Source: an uncultured Ignavibacteriales bacterium (GTDB lineage: Bacteria; Zixibacteria; MSB-5A5; GN15; FEB-12). From it: a stretch of 64,000 nt of DNA. The stretch spans positions 67,068 to 131,067 of the forward strand of contig CAYXJN010000001.1 of NCBI GenBank assembly GCA_964464605.1, in the 5' to 3' direction. The position numbers were made by a program, and so were the translations under genes. Below the pieces are notes generated by a model. That model was not told the origin of the DNA. It worked only from the letters and a program-made list of their open reading frames with translations, and searched no databases. Positions 47,241 through 57,367 of this stretch are shown here, piece by piece (positions within the stretch are counted from its first letter, which is position 1; each line of letters begins with the position of its first letter).

Positions 47241-48914
47241 TTACTCCGGCTTTTTCGGCACCACCATCACACTTTTTTCACGCTCGATAGTCACTAACCC
47301 CGGCTTTGCTTTGCGTGGTTTACGCACGTACCGTTTTTCGGTATAGCTCACCGGAACCAGCGAATCATTGCGCGCTTTGCTGTGCCATGCGGCAATAGCA
47401 GCGGTTTCTTCGATTTCGCGCTTGGATGGCACAAAGGTTTTGTTCGGAAACTTCATGACCACATGCGACCCCGGACATTGCGCGGCGTGAAACCAGAGTT
47501 CATGCGGTTTGGCAAACTCGAATGTGGTGCGGTCATTGTCCGCGCCATCCCGTCCGACGAAGATTTTCAATCCGGTTGAAAGCACCATTTCCCGGTACGG
47601 CAACCGCTCGACAGCGACGTTGGAAGTTGACCCTGCAACCCGCTCTTTCGGCAAAAGCGAAGCAAGCTCCTCCGCAAACTGATGGCGCGCCGATTCGAAA
47701 TGATTCTCCAGTGCCTCAGCCATTTTTCGCAGCTGTTTTATTTCTGCGTGTGAGAGTTCAATACGCCGCTCGATCAATTCCAAACCTTCCCGCCCTTTGC
47801 GATGCCGTTTGAAATAGGATTCTACATTTTCCTGGGCGGTGAGCGCGGAATCAAGCGGGATAGTTGTTTCACCACCTTCAATAACGTTATCTACTTTTAT
47901 TTCAGACATCCCTCGTTTCAGTTTCGCAAAATTAATTTGGAGTAAATCGCCGAGTGTTTTGTAGCGTTCGAAATCGGCAGCTTCCGTTTTTTCGCCTTCG
48001 AGTTTGGCGATTCGCCCCTCGACTCGTTTGATTGCCTTGGCAACTGAATCGATGATCTTTTTGGATTCATCCTCTTCCTCGACCTGATTCTGCCGCCGGG
48101 ATAGCATCTCCATCACCGCCATCGAAAGTGTTTTGAATTTTTCCGGCTGATCGGTGCGGCTGGCAAGTTTGAGCGGGTAAACCTCTACTCCGCGCGGTGA
48201 TGAATACAAATATCCGGTTTCCCAGTCATTAAATCGGCTTGCTATTTCGGTAATCGTTTTCACTAATGATATTCTCTGGTCGGATGAAAGTGATGATATC
48301 GCCTGATTCTCAATTGCTGAACGAGTGAGTGTTTCCTGCGCGAGGGTTTTGTTAAAACCAATCAACTGTTTCTCTAAAAAAAAGAAGACAGTGGCAGCGT
48401 CGCTACTTTCTGTTTTTGAAAGAAGCTGTTCGTTAGTGATGTGAAACGGATTCAGCTTTTCGGATGGTGTCACGCGATGCGGTGTACCGATTGTTCCCTC
48501 TCGGTGGCGAAGCGTTGCAAGGATGGTATTCTCATTGTTAAGCAACCAAAGGTTCCCGTTGGGGCCGATTACTTCGACAACGATTTTGCGGAGCGCATCG
48601 CCGACTTTTACTTCGATTGTAAAGATGCGATCAAGTCCGTCCATTTTGACTGCCGTAATGACACCTCCGTTTAGCTCGAAAAACGGCCATGGTTTTTCTT
48701 TGGTGTCGACTGCTATTTTGGAAGCTGGCGCCAAAAACGCGCCTGACCCGGCCGGATGAAACAGGAAGCCGAGTGCGGTTTTTTCTTTCTCGGTTTTAAA
48801 AAAAAGATAGGCAGCCCGTTCTTTCCGGTAGTACGCTGTGTCAATAATTACCCCGCCGGTAACTTCCCGATTTAATTGTGCCACAAGGGCATGGATATGA
48901 AGTGCGGTTTGCAT
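47241..48914 (-). CDS. rqcH: NFACT/FbpA family ribosome quality-control protein (RqcH/Rqc2)
   Basis: LDRIFTI, EVIGPNGNLWLL, FVGRDGADND, WFHAAQCPGSHVV, VSYTEKRYVRKPRKAKPGLV. Confidence 0.88.
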   Translation of the reverse strand: MQTALHIHALVAQLNREVTGGVIIDTAYYRKERAAYLFFKTEKEKTALGFLFHPAGSGAFLAPASKIAVDTKEKPWPFFELNGGVITAVKMDGLDRIFTIEVKVGDALRKIVVEVIGPNGNLWLLNNENTILATLRHREGTIGTPHRVTPSEKLNPFHITNEQLLSKTESSDAATVFFFLEKQLIGFNKTLAQETLTRSAIENQAISSLSSDQRISLVKTITEIASRFNDWETGYLYSSPRGVEVYPLKLASRTDQPEKFKTLSMAVMEMLSRRQNQVEEEDESKKIIDSVAKAIKRVEGRIAKLEGEKTEAADFERYKTLGDLLQINFAKLKRGMSEIKVDNVIEGGETTIPLDSALTAQENVESYFKRHRKGREGLELIERRIELSHAEIKQLRKMAEALENHFESARHQFAEELASLLPKERVAGSTSNVAVERLPYREMVLSTGLKIFVGRDGADNDRTTFEFAKPHELWFHAAQCPGSHVVMKFPNKTFVPSKREIEETAAIAAWHSKARNDSLVPVSYTEKRYVRKPRKAKPGLVTIEREKSVMVVPKKPE

Positions 48915-48919
48915 GCGGC

Positions 48920-48948
48920 AGTGTACGACATTCCGGCGTCGCTTTCAA
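48920..48948 (-). promoter_or_regulatory. Sigma70-type promoter, probably leaderless (rqcH)
   Basis: TTGAAA-17-TACACT, 5 nt before ATG 48914. Confidence 0.65.
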
Positions 48949-48960
48949 CTACTGTCGCGA

Positions 48961-49130
48961 GGCATGTGATTGCCCGAGCGGGAACTTACCCGTTACCTTT
49001 TTGTTCAACTTAGTAGAGCCACCCGCAGGGTGGTTGCGCCACACGGCGCGGTCTTCTTGTGTTCAGGACAGGTTCAGTCGTGCGAGAGGACTGAACCACA
49101 TAGGCGGAGCATGGATGCTCCGCCTTTTTT
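48961..49130 (+). ncRNA. Candidate structured non-coding RNA of unassigned family
   Basis: Five consecutive hairpins followed by a terminator with plus-strand polarity, and no plausible plus-strand CDS. Confidence 0.4.
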
Positions 49131-49157
49131 ATTTGTGCCGTCGGCACTTTTATTTTT
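49102..49157 (+). terminator. Tandem intrinsic terminators on the plus strand
   Basis: AGGCGGAGCA/TGCTCCGCCT then T run; GTGCC/GGCAC then TTTTATTTTT. Confidence 0.75.
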
Positions 49158-49248
49158 CAAAAAAACAGCAGTCAAACAGAACTCCGTCGAATGCGATGCG
49201 TATAATTTTCCGAAAGCTCAGTGATGAGCGTCATACGCTTTCTTAATA

Positions 49249-49274
49249 GATGGCGGAACAACAGTTCCGCCATC
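49249..49274. terminator. Hairpin downstream of fumC, probably a terminator or stability element
   Basis: GATGGCGGAAC-AACA-GTTCCGCCATC perfect 11-bp stem with a weak U tract. Confidence 0.5.
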
Positions 49275-49289
49275 GTCCATTTTTAGGGA

Positions 49290-50684
49290 TTATTTGCTGT
49301 CTGGCCGGATCATGTTTTCCGGTTTGACTAACTCATCGAATTTTTCAGCCGTCAAAATACCGAGTGATACCGCAGCTTCTTTGAGCGTGATATTTTCAGC
49401 ATGCGCTTTTTTGGCGATCTTCGCGGCGTTGTCATAGCCGATGTGCGAATTGAGGGCTGTTACCAACATGAGGGACCGTTCGACATTCTTTTTGATATTT
49501 TCTTTATGCGGCTGAATACCGACCGCACAGTGATCAGTAAACATTTCGCAGGAATCCGCCAACAAGCGAATCGATTGCAAAACATTGTAGATGATAACCG
49601 GCTTAAACACGTTCAATTCAAAATTACCGGACATACCGCCGACGTTCACTGCCACATCATTCCCCATCACCTGCGCGCAGACCATTGTCATCGCTTCGGA
49701 TTGGGTCGGGTTCACTTTGCCGGGCATAATCGATGAACCGGGTTCGTTATCAGGGATCGTGATTTCTCCGAATCCGCAGCGTGGCCCGGAAGCTAACCAG
49801 CGAATATCGTTAGCGATTTTCATGAGAGAACAGGCTAATGTTTTTAACACGCCGGACATTTCGACTAAGGCGTCATGCGACGCTAATGCTTCAAATTTAT
49901 TCGGCGCACTGACAAATGGTTTCCCGGTGAGTTCGGCGATTTTTTTAGCGCTGCGATCGGCAAATTCCGGATGCGTGTTCAATCCGGTTCCGACTGCTGT
50001 GCCGCCGAGCGCTAATGGATAAAGACGTTTAAGCGCATCGTTAATTCTGTCCAAATCCAAATTCAACTGGGCAACATAGCCGGAAAATTCCTGACCGAGC
50101 GTAAGCGGTACGGCATCCATCAAATGGGTGCGTCCGATCTTGACGATCGAACCGAACTCATCCGTTTTTTTCTGCAGTACATCCCGCAGCCGTTTGACTT
50201 CGGGAATCAACCGGCGATGAATTTCTTCAACCGCCGCTATATGCATTCCGGTTGGGAAGGTATCATTCGAGGATTGCGATTTGTTAACATCATCGTTCGG
50301 GTGCACCGGTTTTTTGGAGCCCATCTGCCCACCCGCCATTTCAATAGCACGGTTGGAGATGACTTCATTGGTGTTCATATTGGTCTGCGTACCGGAACCG
50401 GTTTGCCAGACAACGAGCGGGAAATGATCATCAAGTTTGCCGGAGATAACTTCATCCGCAGCTTTGACAATCAACTCCCCTTTCTCTTTTGAGAGAACCC
50501 CTAAATCCATATTGACCTGCGCGGCAGCTTTTTTCAGTATGCCGAGGGCGCGAATTAACTCACGCGGCATCCGTTCCGAGCCGATGCGGAAATTGATAAG
50601 GGAGCGTGCGGTTTGGGCGCCGTAGTATTTATCAGACGGGACCTGGATTTCTCCCATCGTGTCAGATTCAGTTCGATAATTCAT
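49290..50684 (-). CDS. fumC: Class II fumarate hydratase
   Basis: [43 protein letters not shown]. True start is ATG 50684 with a GGAGG SD. Confidence 0.97.
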   Translation of the reverse strand: MNYRTESDTMGEIQVPSDKYYGAQTARSLINFRIGSERMPRELIRALGILKKAAAQVNMDLGVLSKEKGELIVKAADEVISGKLDDHFPLVVWQTGSGTQTNMNTNEVISNRAIEMAGGQMGSKKPVHPNDDVNKSQSSNDTFPTGMHIAAVEEIHRRLIPEVKRLRDVLQKKTDEFGSIVKIGRTHLMDAVPLTLGQEFSGYVAQLNLDLDRINDALKRLYPLALGGTAVGTGLNTHPEFADRSAKKIAELTGKPFVSAPNKFEALASHDALVEMSGVLKTLACSLMKIANDIRWLASGPRCGFGEITIPDNEPGSSIMPGKVNPTQSEAMTMVCAQVMGNDVAVNVGGMSGNFELNVFKPVIIYNVLQSIRLLADSCEMFTDHCAVGIQPHKENIKKNVERSLMLVTALNSHIGYDNAAKIAKKAHAENITLKEAAVSLGILTAEKFDELVKPENMIRPDSK

Positions 50685-50744
50685 TCTTCCTCCGTAACAG
50701 TCAGGAGAATATATGCCGCCGGATGATGATGGGAAAGGAAATGA

Positions 50745-50770
50745 AAAGGCCCGGAAAGCTCCGGGCCTTT
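50745..50770 (-). terminator. Intrinsic terminator after the RRM gene
   Basis: AAAGGCCCGG/CCGGGCCTTT stem. Confidence 0.8.
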
Positions 50771-50781
50771 GTTGGCTTCGT

Positions 50782-51132
50782 TTAGTAATCGCCGCGCGGT
50801 TCACGACGTCCACCGCCGCCGCCACGACCGCCGCCGTAGCCGCCACGGCCACCGCCGCCGCCACGACCACCGCCGCCGCCTTCACGCGGAGGGCGAGGAT
50901 TGGCTTCGTTGACTTTCAAGCTGCGACCTGCGACCTGCTGACCGTTAACTTCAGCAATTGCGGCTGAGCCTTCGTCGTTGTTCGGCATTTCGACGAAAGC
51001 GAACCCGCGTGATTCACCGGTCATACGGTCTTTCACGATAGTGACGGATTTGACTTCCCCGAATTGCGCGAATACACGGCGCAATTCATCTTCGGATGCC
51101 TGGTAAGACAAGTTTCCCACATAGATGTTCAC
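50782..51132 (-). CDS. RRM (RNP-1) RNA-binding protein with an RG/G-rich tail
   Basis: IYVGNLSY (RNP2), RGFAFVEM (RNP1), LKVNEA; AGGAG SD before GTG. Confidence 0.93.
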   Translation of the reverse strand: MNIYVGNLSYQASEDELRRVFAQFGEVKSVTIVKDRMTGESRGFAFVEMPNNDEGSAAIAEVNGQQVAGRSLKVNEANPRPPREGGGGGRGGGGGRGGYGGGRGGGGGRREPRGDY

Positions 51133-51314
51133 GAGATACTCCTGTAAGAAAGAAATATTAGGGGGTTAACGTTTACGATGTTGCTTGGAGGTGTTTTGTC
51201 GGTCATCGAATCTCCTCATTCTAATCGTTCGGCGCACAAGCATAAAGCTGATGCTTTAGCGCGGTTCACGTGGACAATAAACTCTTGTGTCGTTAGAATA
51301 GGGTTCGATACAGA

Positions 51315-52892
51315 TTACGGTTTCACTTCTTCATCAATTATCCGTGACAGAATCCTGGACACGGTCAAGGTCGTCTCGCCGGTATCCTTCATCTGCGGAA
51401 ACAGTATAACATCGCGAATTGAGGGCTGGTTAGTCAAGAGCATAACGAGCCTATCTATGCCAAATCCGAGCCCGGCCGTGGGGGGCATCCCGAAGGCCAG
51501 GGCGGTTATAAAGTCGTCATCCAAGGGCTGGGCTTCCTCATCCCCCTGGTCCATCGCCTTCCCTTGCTGGATAAAGCGTTGCAGCTGGTCGACTGGGTCG
51601 TTCAGCTCACTGAAAGCATTCCCCATTTCCGACCCGGCAATGAACAATTCGAACCGTTCGGTCAGGTTTTGGTTAGACCGGTGCCGCTTGGCCAACGGGG
51701 AAATTTCAACTGGGTAGTCGGTAATGAAAGTCGGCTGGACCAGTTTCGGCTCCACTTTCAATTCCCAGATCGCCTCGACCACCTTCCCCCAGTTCAACAG
51801 GTCGGCGGCATCCGCGCCCATCGTCAGGGCTTTCGCTTTTGCCTGCTCGAAGGTCATGGTGCTGAAATCAACACCGGTCGCTTCTTTGACTGAGTCGAGC
51901 ATGGAGAGTTTGCGGAATGGAGGTTCGAAATCGATTACTTTCTCACCGAAGTTCAATTTGTAACTGCCATGCAATGAATGCACTAATTCCCGCAGCATAT
52001 TTTCAAGCAGGTCAGCCATGTCATGATAATCCGCATATGCACAGTATAATTCTATCATGGTGAATTCCGGATTATGCATCCGGTCCATACCTTCGTTGCG
52101 GAAATCCTTGCAGAGCTCCCACACTTTGTCGTATCCGCCGACAATCAACCGCTTGAGATATAACTCATCGGCGATGCGCATATACATCGGCATATCAAGT
52201 GTATTGTGGTGCGTTTTGAACGGGCGCGCCGAGGCACCGCCGTAGAGCGGCTGCAAAATCGGCGTTTCGACCTCCAAAAAGCCCTGTCGATTTAGATACT
52301 CACGCACCTGCTGAATAATTTTCGTTCTCAGAATAAACACATCCCGCACTTCCGGATTGACGATTAAATCAACATAGCGGCGGCGATAGCGCTGCTCAAC
52401 ATCGGAAAGTCCGGCATGTTTATCCGGCAGCGGATGCAGCGTTTTGGTCAGCAATTGCAGCGAAGTGAGCGATATCGACCGTTCATTTGTTTTGGTTACG
52501 AAGACGGTTCCGGTTGCGCCGATGATATCTCCCAGATCGAACGTATCGACCAAATCGAACAGTTCAGCGCCGACATTGTCGAGTTTGACATACAACTGGA
52601 TACGATTAGTCGCATCCCGCAAATCGATAAAGAATGATTTCCCCATTTTACGAAGCTGCATGATCCGTCCGGCCACGCTGACCGACTGCTTGATTTCGGC
52701 TAAAGCATCGAAGTTAGCCAGAATTTCGGCGATGGTATGCGTCCGGTCGAAACGATACGGATACGGATTCGTTCCCTTTTCCCTGAGCGCCTGTACTTTG
52801 GCGCGGCGGGTGCGAATCAATTCAAGCAGGCTTGAGTGTATCGGTTCCGATTGATCCGGAACTTCCTGCTGATGTTGGGTGCGATCATTCAT
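51315..52892 (-). CDS. lysS: Lysine--tRNA ligase (class II)
   Basis: YPYRF, VAGRIM, GGASARPF, FRNEG, HNPEFTM, RFELF, GMPPTAGLGFGIDRL. Start could also be GTG 52907. Confidence 0.97.
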   Translation of the reverse strand: MNDRTQHQQEVPDQSEPIHSSLLELIRTRRAKVQALREKGTNPYPYRFDRTHTIAEILANFDALAEIKQSVSVAGRIMQLRKMGKSFFIDLRDATNRIQLYVKLDNVGAELFDLVDTFDLGDIIGATGTVFVTKTNERSISLTSLQLLTKTLHPLPDKHAGLSDVEQRYRRRYVDLIVNPEVRDVFILRTKIIQQVREYLNRQGFLEVETPILQPLYGGASARPFKTHHNTLDMPMYMRIADELYLKRLIVGGYDKVWELCKDFRNEGMDRMHNPEFTMIELYCAYADYHDMADLLENMLRELVHSLHGSYKLNFGEKVIDFEPPFRKLSMLDSVKEATGVDFSTMTFEQAKAKALTMGADAADLLNWGKVVEAIWELKVEPKLVQPTFITDYPVEISPLAKRHRSNQNLTERFELFIAGSEMGNAFSELNDPVDQLQRFIQQGKAMDQGDEEAQPLDDDFITALAFGMPPTAGLGFGIDRLVMLLTNQPSIRDVILFPQMKDTGETTLTVSRILSRIIDEEVKP

Positions 52893-52917
52893 AGGTAGTA
52901 ACGTCACGTCTTTTCTA

Positions 52918-53454
52918 TTATTTGGTTTTGCGGGTCTTTACCCGACTCGCTTTTAAATTTTTTGCAAAGGCTTTGATAACCGGCGGCGGCACCAGACCTT
53001 TGAAATTGCCGTTATGCACCGCTAAATCCTTCACCATTGTAGATGAAAGATAGACCCATGATAACGACGGCATAAGAAACACGGTTTCAACTTTTTTGGC
53101 CAGCTTACGGTTGATAAGCGCCATCTGAAATTCATACTCAAAATCGGAAACGGCGCGCAATCCGCGAATAATGGCGGATGCTTTCATATCAATGGCCAGA
53201 TCGGCAAGCAGCCCTTCAAAGCCTATCACCCGCACCGGGCAGCCGAGCGCCTGTTTTTTCAATGATTCTTTGACCAGTGCAACCCGTTCATCGAAATTGA
53301 ACATCGGATTCTTCCCTGCATTGCGGGCCACTGCCACAATCAATTCATCAAACAGCCGGGACGCCCGCACCACCAATGATAAATGGCCGTTCGTAACCGG
53401 ATCGAATGTGCCGGGATAAATTGCGCGTTTTTTAGTAGACAGTCTGTTCAACAA
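52918..53454 (-). CDS. coaD: Phosphopantetheine adenylyltransferase
   Basis: AIYPGTFDPVTNGH, RGLRAVSDFEYE, SSTMVK. Confidence 0.96.
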   Translation of the reverse strand: MLNRLSTKKRAIYPGTFDPVTNGHLSLVVRASRLFDELIVAVARNAGKNPMFNFDERVALVKESLKKQALGCPVRVIGFEGLLADLAIDMKASAIIRGLRAVSDFEYEFQMALINRKLAKKVETVFLMPSLSWVYLSSTMVKDLAVHNGNFKGLVPPPVIKAFAKNLKASRVKTRKTK

Positions 53455-53534
53455 GAGCCAATCAAATCATGACCCGTACATTCGGGTCGTTTGTCATTTG
53501 AGTATAGGGGGAGTTGGGGCTTTTTCGCAAGCGG

Positions 53535-54341
53535 TTATTCGAGGGCCAACCCGAGCGCGGTAAGAAAGCGATGATGCATTTCCGGCAGGGCGGAAACATC
53601 GGGACCGAGTACATGCTTGTTCAAAACCGGAAGCTGCAATTCGACATGGCTGTACTGCCGCATGGCATCAAGCAATCCGGTGTCGCTACCGTCCACCGAA
53701 ATATGCATGCGCGAAAGCGGTACAGTAATACCCTCATGAAATAAGGTGTTCATATGAAAACTGAGCGCGGTTTTGAGATCGCCGGCCAATGCCTTATAGG
53801 CGGTTTCCGTCCGCTCTTGATTCGGACGCGGCATATAGCCGATTCGCGCCGGTAATCCCTGATAGAGAAAAACAATTGAAATACCGTCGTTGGCAATATC
53901 GAGCACACAATGAAATTCCCCATGCCCCTGCTCGCAAAAGGCGCGAAATCCTTTTGCCAGCGCAATCCCCCGTGCCTGATAGCCAGCGGATTGATTGACA
54001 TTGATTTCATTGCGGCGAATAGCGATGCCAATAAATCGCTCTTGCGAATGGGAGGGGAGAACATCGATTGCAAAATCCTGTTCCGGTTCTAAAAGTGACT
54101 GCACCAGTTCAAAACGGGCGCGCTGCGAAGCGGCGTAGGTTTCATCTGAGCCAACACGGATATGTTTGATAATCGCATTCGGCTCGGCAATAGCGAATGT
54201 CCGCTTTGCGTCGGTGAATGATTGTGTTTCGGTTGTTTGCTGTAACTGATCGATTACCGGCCGCCCGGCAACGCGGGAAATGCGCGCGACAAAGAGAGTG
54301 TTGTCGCGGGTGTCTATACCGTATGAGATTTCATCACTCAT
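53535..54341 (-). CDS. PilM-like actin-fold protein with degenerate nucleotide-binding motifs
   Basis: N-terminal YGID, CVLDIA, C-terminal FLTALGLAL; ATGA-coupled to the comEA-like gene. Confidence 0.55.
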   Translation of the reverse strand: MSDEISYGIDTRDNTLFVARISRVAGRPVIDQLQQTTETQSFTDAKRTFAIAEPNAIIKHIRVGSDETYAASQRARFELVQSLLEPEQDFAIDVLPSHSQERFIGIAIRRNEINVNQSAGYQARGIALAKGFRAFCEQGHGEFHCVLDIANDGISIVFLYQGLPARIGYMPRPNQERTETAYKALAGDLKTALSFHMNTLFHEGITVPLSRMHISVDGSDTGLLDAMRQYSHVELQLPVLNKHVLGPDVSALPEMHHRFLTALGLALE

Positions 54342-54709
54342 GGGCGCTGTATCCGTAGGTAGGGACGGATCCGCTCGAAGGTTTTGGCGCCGATGCCGCG
54401 TACATTAGTAATATCGATTTCTTTTTCAAATTTATTGGTCGCGCGATATTCGACAATCCGATCCGCTATCACCCTGCCGATACCCGGCAGCAATTCCAAA
54501 GAATCAGCCGGCGCGGTGTTCGGGTCTAATAAGAAAAACCCGGTAAACCCTTCTTCATCCCCGGCGATTTCCACTTCCAGCGGAATCAGGCTGACCGGTT
54601 CCGCCGTGCGTGCCCGGACATACAGAAAAAGTGATAACAGCACTGCGGTGATAGACAACACAGTGACTACTTTCAGCTGCCCGGCGGTAAAATCGAAATA
54701 TCGGTTCAT
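54338..54709 (-). CDS. comEA: ComEA-like helix-hairpin-helix DNA-binding membrane protein
   Basis: TM helix; LDPNTAPADSLELLPGIG...ADRIVEYR...F....DITNVRGIGAKTFERI. Confidence 0.85.
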   Translation of the reverse strand: MNRYFDFTAGQLKVVTVLSITAVLLSLFLYVRARTAEPVSLIPLEVEIAGDEEGFTGFFLLDPNTAPADSLELLPGIGRVIADRIVEYRATNKFEKEIDITNVRGIGAKTFERIRPYLRIQRP

Positions 54710-54779
54710 GCAGTAATCGGACTACGTCCGAAACAAGTATACAACACCGACATACTGTTGTGAAGTAATCGTGGAAAAA

Positions 54780-55415
54780 TTATTCGTTTGCAGACGAAAT
54801 GGAGTCGTGTATCGAATCGGCGGTTGATTGAGGAGCGGTTGAGTCTGCGTTAATTTCCTCATTTAACCGGCCGGCATCCTGCACTGTACCCTTGACCTGT
54901 TTGAGAATTTTCAGACGGTTCATCCGCTGATCGGTTTCCAAGCCGTACCCGGTGATAACATCCCCGTTCGGGCGGGTAATCCGCACATACTCATTAGTCT
55001 GGATTTTATCCGCCTTGGCATCCCAGTTAAGCTGTTCTGTTTCCAGCTTGGTGGAATCTTCGGAATAGGCGACCACATGCCCGAACGCCATCATTTTGCC
55101 GCTTGTTTCCCGAACAATGCCGGAATCGCTGGTCAATGATGAGGTTTTCGCGCCGAGGGAATCGAACGAGGTAACATCCAGCGTGTAGGCAAAGGTCGAA
55201 TCTTTTGCTTCGAATTTGAGAATTTTATCGGCCAGAATTTCCGTTGTGACCCGTCCGCGATTATATAAAAGCACCCGGGCGTTCACCACTTCGGCATCAG
55301 GACGCACCACTGCGCTTTGATTATTATTCGGCGGTGGTTGGGTTTGTTCCCGCTCACATCCGGCAAGCGAAACCAAAGCTATGAATACAAAAAGTAAAAA
55401 AGATTTCCGTTTCAT
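54780..55415 (-). CDS. lptC: LPS export ABC transporter periplasmic protein LptC (lipoprotein form)
   Basis: Lipobox LAGC; LETEQLNWD, IQTNEYVRIT, ITGYGLETD; lies in the kds cluster. Confidence 0.8.
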   Translation of the reverse strand: MKRKSFLLFVFIALVSLAGCEREQTQPPPNNNQSAVVRPDAEVVNARVLLYNRGRVTTEILADKILKFEAKDSTFAYTLDVTSFDSLGAKTSSLTSDSGIVRETSGKMMAFGHVVAYSEDSTKLETEQLNWDAKADKIQTNEYVRITRPNGDVITGYGLETDQRMNRLKILKQVKGTVQDAGRLNEEINADSTAPQSTADSIHDSISSANE

Positions 55416-55463
55416 ATATCTCTATAACGGCAAAATCGGCAATTCGGCACAGATTAGTTACTA

Positions 55464-56372
55464 TTAAGTTTCCGGCGGTTTGAGATCAGGCCAGCGGTTA
55501 TGCAGCCAAATCCACTGATCTCTATATGTATCAATCATCTTTTCCAACTCATGCAGGCAAGCTTTGGTTATGGTAAACACATTGGCATTGAAATCATCCC
55601 CATCCGGAATCAAAACCGGCGGCTGGATAATGACCCGATACCGTTCATCGGCAATTCGTACGCAGCACATCGGCAAAAGCGCCGTTCCAGTGCGTAATCC
55701 GAAGACTGACTGCCCAACCGGGGTATTATTCGGGTGTCCAAATAACGGCACAGAAATACTGCGCACTTTGTCGGAATCGGTGTCGATAAGTATTCCCAGT
55801 CCGCCATTGTTTTTCAGCCATGCTAAAATCTTTTTTGGTGAATCGGTGGTGTAAAACTGCGTTAGTCCGGCCAATCGGCGATTCGCTACGATTACGGCAT
55901 CGATACGTTTGTCGTACAGTTCCCGACCGATGACGGCAATCGGGTGCCCGGTCGATGCAATATACGCCGCTAACAACTCAAAATTTCCCAGATGTCCCGT
56001 AACGCCGATCAGCCCCTTCCCTTTGGCAAATGCAGCATCCAGATTTTCTTTTCCGACAACTTCGACCAGCGGCAAGAGTTCTGTACGCAGATGTTTTTTG
56101 AATCGGGCGATATCGACGATATTTTTTCCGGTGTTAACAAAAAACTGTTTACCGATCTCATTTCGTTCTTCGGCGGAAAAACGAGTGCCATAGGCAATGT
56201 GCAGATTTTTATCGATTCGTTCTTTGTCTCGTTTCAAAATCAACCAGGCGAACTGCCCCAAACCGGAACCGAGCGCTAAGGCAACATTTCGCGGAACATG
56301 ATTGAAAATGAATATGAATAGTCTGATGCCGTAATAGACAATGCCTCGGCGAATCTGTTTGGTAAGTCGCAT
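55464..56372 (-). CDS. lpxL: Lipid A biosynthesis acyltransferase (LpxL/HtrB family)
   Basis: VTGHLGNFEL, GILIDTD, QWIWLHNRW. Confidence 0.85.
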   Translation of the reverse strand: MRLTKQIRRGIVYYGIRLFIFIFNHVPRNVALALGSGLGQFAWLILKRDKERIDKNLHIAYGTRFSAEERNEIGKQFFVNTGKNIVDIARFKKHLRTELLPLVEVVGKENLDAAFAKGKGLIGVTGHLGNFELLAAYIASTGHPIAVIGRELYDKRIDAVIVANRRLAGLTQFYTTDSPKKILAWLKNNGGLGILIDTDSDKVRSISVPLFGHPNNTPVGQSVFGLRTGTALLPMCCVRIADERYRVIIQPPVLIPDGDDFNANVFTITKACLHELEKMIDTYRDQWIWLHNRWPDLKPPET

Positions 56373-56401
56373 ACTATGCTACCATGCGGGCTGCATGGCG
56401 T

Positions 56402-57367
56402 TCAGACCAGTTTTGATTTGAGAATGTCGTGCAGGTGAATCACGCCGATCAGTTTTCCATTATCATCGACCGTCGGCAGTTGCGCGATGTTATGTTGTTC
56501 CATCATCGCCAGTGCGGAATCGATCACCCGTTCGGCGTTTATCTGTTTCGGATTGCGGATCATGACATCTTTTGCGGTGAGGCTGTAAAAATCAGTATGT
56601 TTTTCCGCGACGCGGCGCAAATCACCATCGGTGAAAATTCCGGCTACTTTCCCTTGATCGTCGGCCATTACAACGCACCCCAGCCGTTTGCCGGTCATTT
56701 GCAAAATCATCTCTTTCATGCCTGCGTTTGGGGCAACTAATGGGAGGGCATCTCCAGTGTGGTGCAATTCAGAAATATGGCGCAGTAAACGTTTCCCCAA
56801 AAATCCACCCGGGTGCAGTTCGGCGAAATCGTTCGGCGTAAACTTTCGTGCAGATAATAACGCAACTGCAAGCGCATCCCCCATGACCAATGCTGCTGTC
56901 GATGAAGATGTCGGCACTAAATTATTGGGGCAGGCTTCATGTTTGACTGAACAATCGAGCACGATATCGGCGCGGGTAGCGAGTTCGGAGTTCATTGTTC
57001 CGCAGAGCGCGATAATTTTGAGATTCATTCGTTTGGCGGCACTGAACAGGACATCGATTTCTTCCACATGGCCTGACTTGGAAATAACGAGCAGGAGATC
57101 CTCAGGCCGCATAATACCGATATCACCGTGCAATGCTTCAGCAGGATGCAAAAAGAACGAAGATGTCCCGGTAGAGTTAAACGTCGCGACTATTTTCCGG
57201 CCGATCAAACCTGATTTCCCCATCCCGGCGACAATCACCCGCCCGGTGCATTCCAAAATCGCTTCGACGGCGTGGTCGAACGATTCATCGATATGCTCAC
57301 CGAGCGCGGCGACTTCCTGCGCTTCGATTTTGATAAGCTCTTTGGCTTGTTTTTGATGTTCGCTCAT
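56402..57367 (-). CDS. kdsD: Arabinose-5-phosphate isomerase (KpsF/GutQ)
   Basis: GMGKSGLIG, FLHPAEALHGDIG, PTSSSTAALVMGDALA, HPGGFLG, CBS pair. Confidence 0.95.
   Translation of the reverse strand: MSEHQKQAKELIKIEAQEVAALGEHIDESFDHAVEAILECTGRVIVAGMGKSGLIGRKIVATFNSTGTSSFFLHPAEALHGDIGIMRPEDLLLVISKSGHVEEIDVLFSAAKRMNLKIIALCGTMNSELATRADIVLDCSVKHEACPNNLVPTSSSTAALVMGDALAVALLSARKFTPNDFAELHPGGFLGKRLLRHISELHHTGDALPLVAPNAGMKEMILQMTGKRLGCVVMADDQGKVAGIFTDGDLRRVAEKHTDFYSLTAKDVMIRNPKQINAERVIDSALAMMEQHNIAQLPTVDDNGKLIGVIHLHDILKSKLV

Noticed and set aside
48970-49224. 84-aa ORF across the ncRNA candidate
   Set aside because: TTG start with no SD, and it runs through two terminators.
50685-50885. Ala/Val-rich N-terminal extension of the listed fumC ORF (531 aa)
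   Set aside because: It is an off-frame reading of the Gly-rich tail of the RRM gene and crosses a terminator. The real start is ATG 50684 with a GGAGG SD.
50800-50885. GCC/ACC-rich low-complexity repeats
   Set aside because: They simply encode the RGG/Gly tail of the RRM protein.
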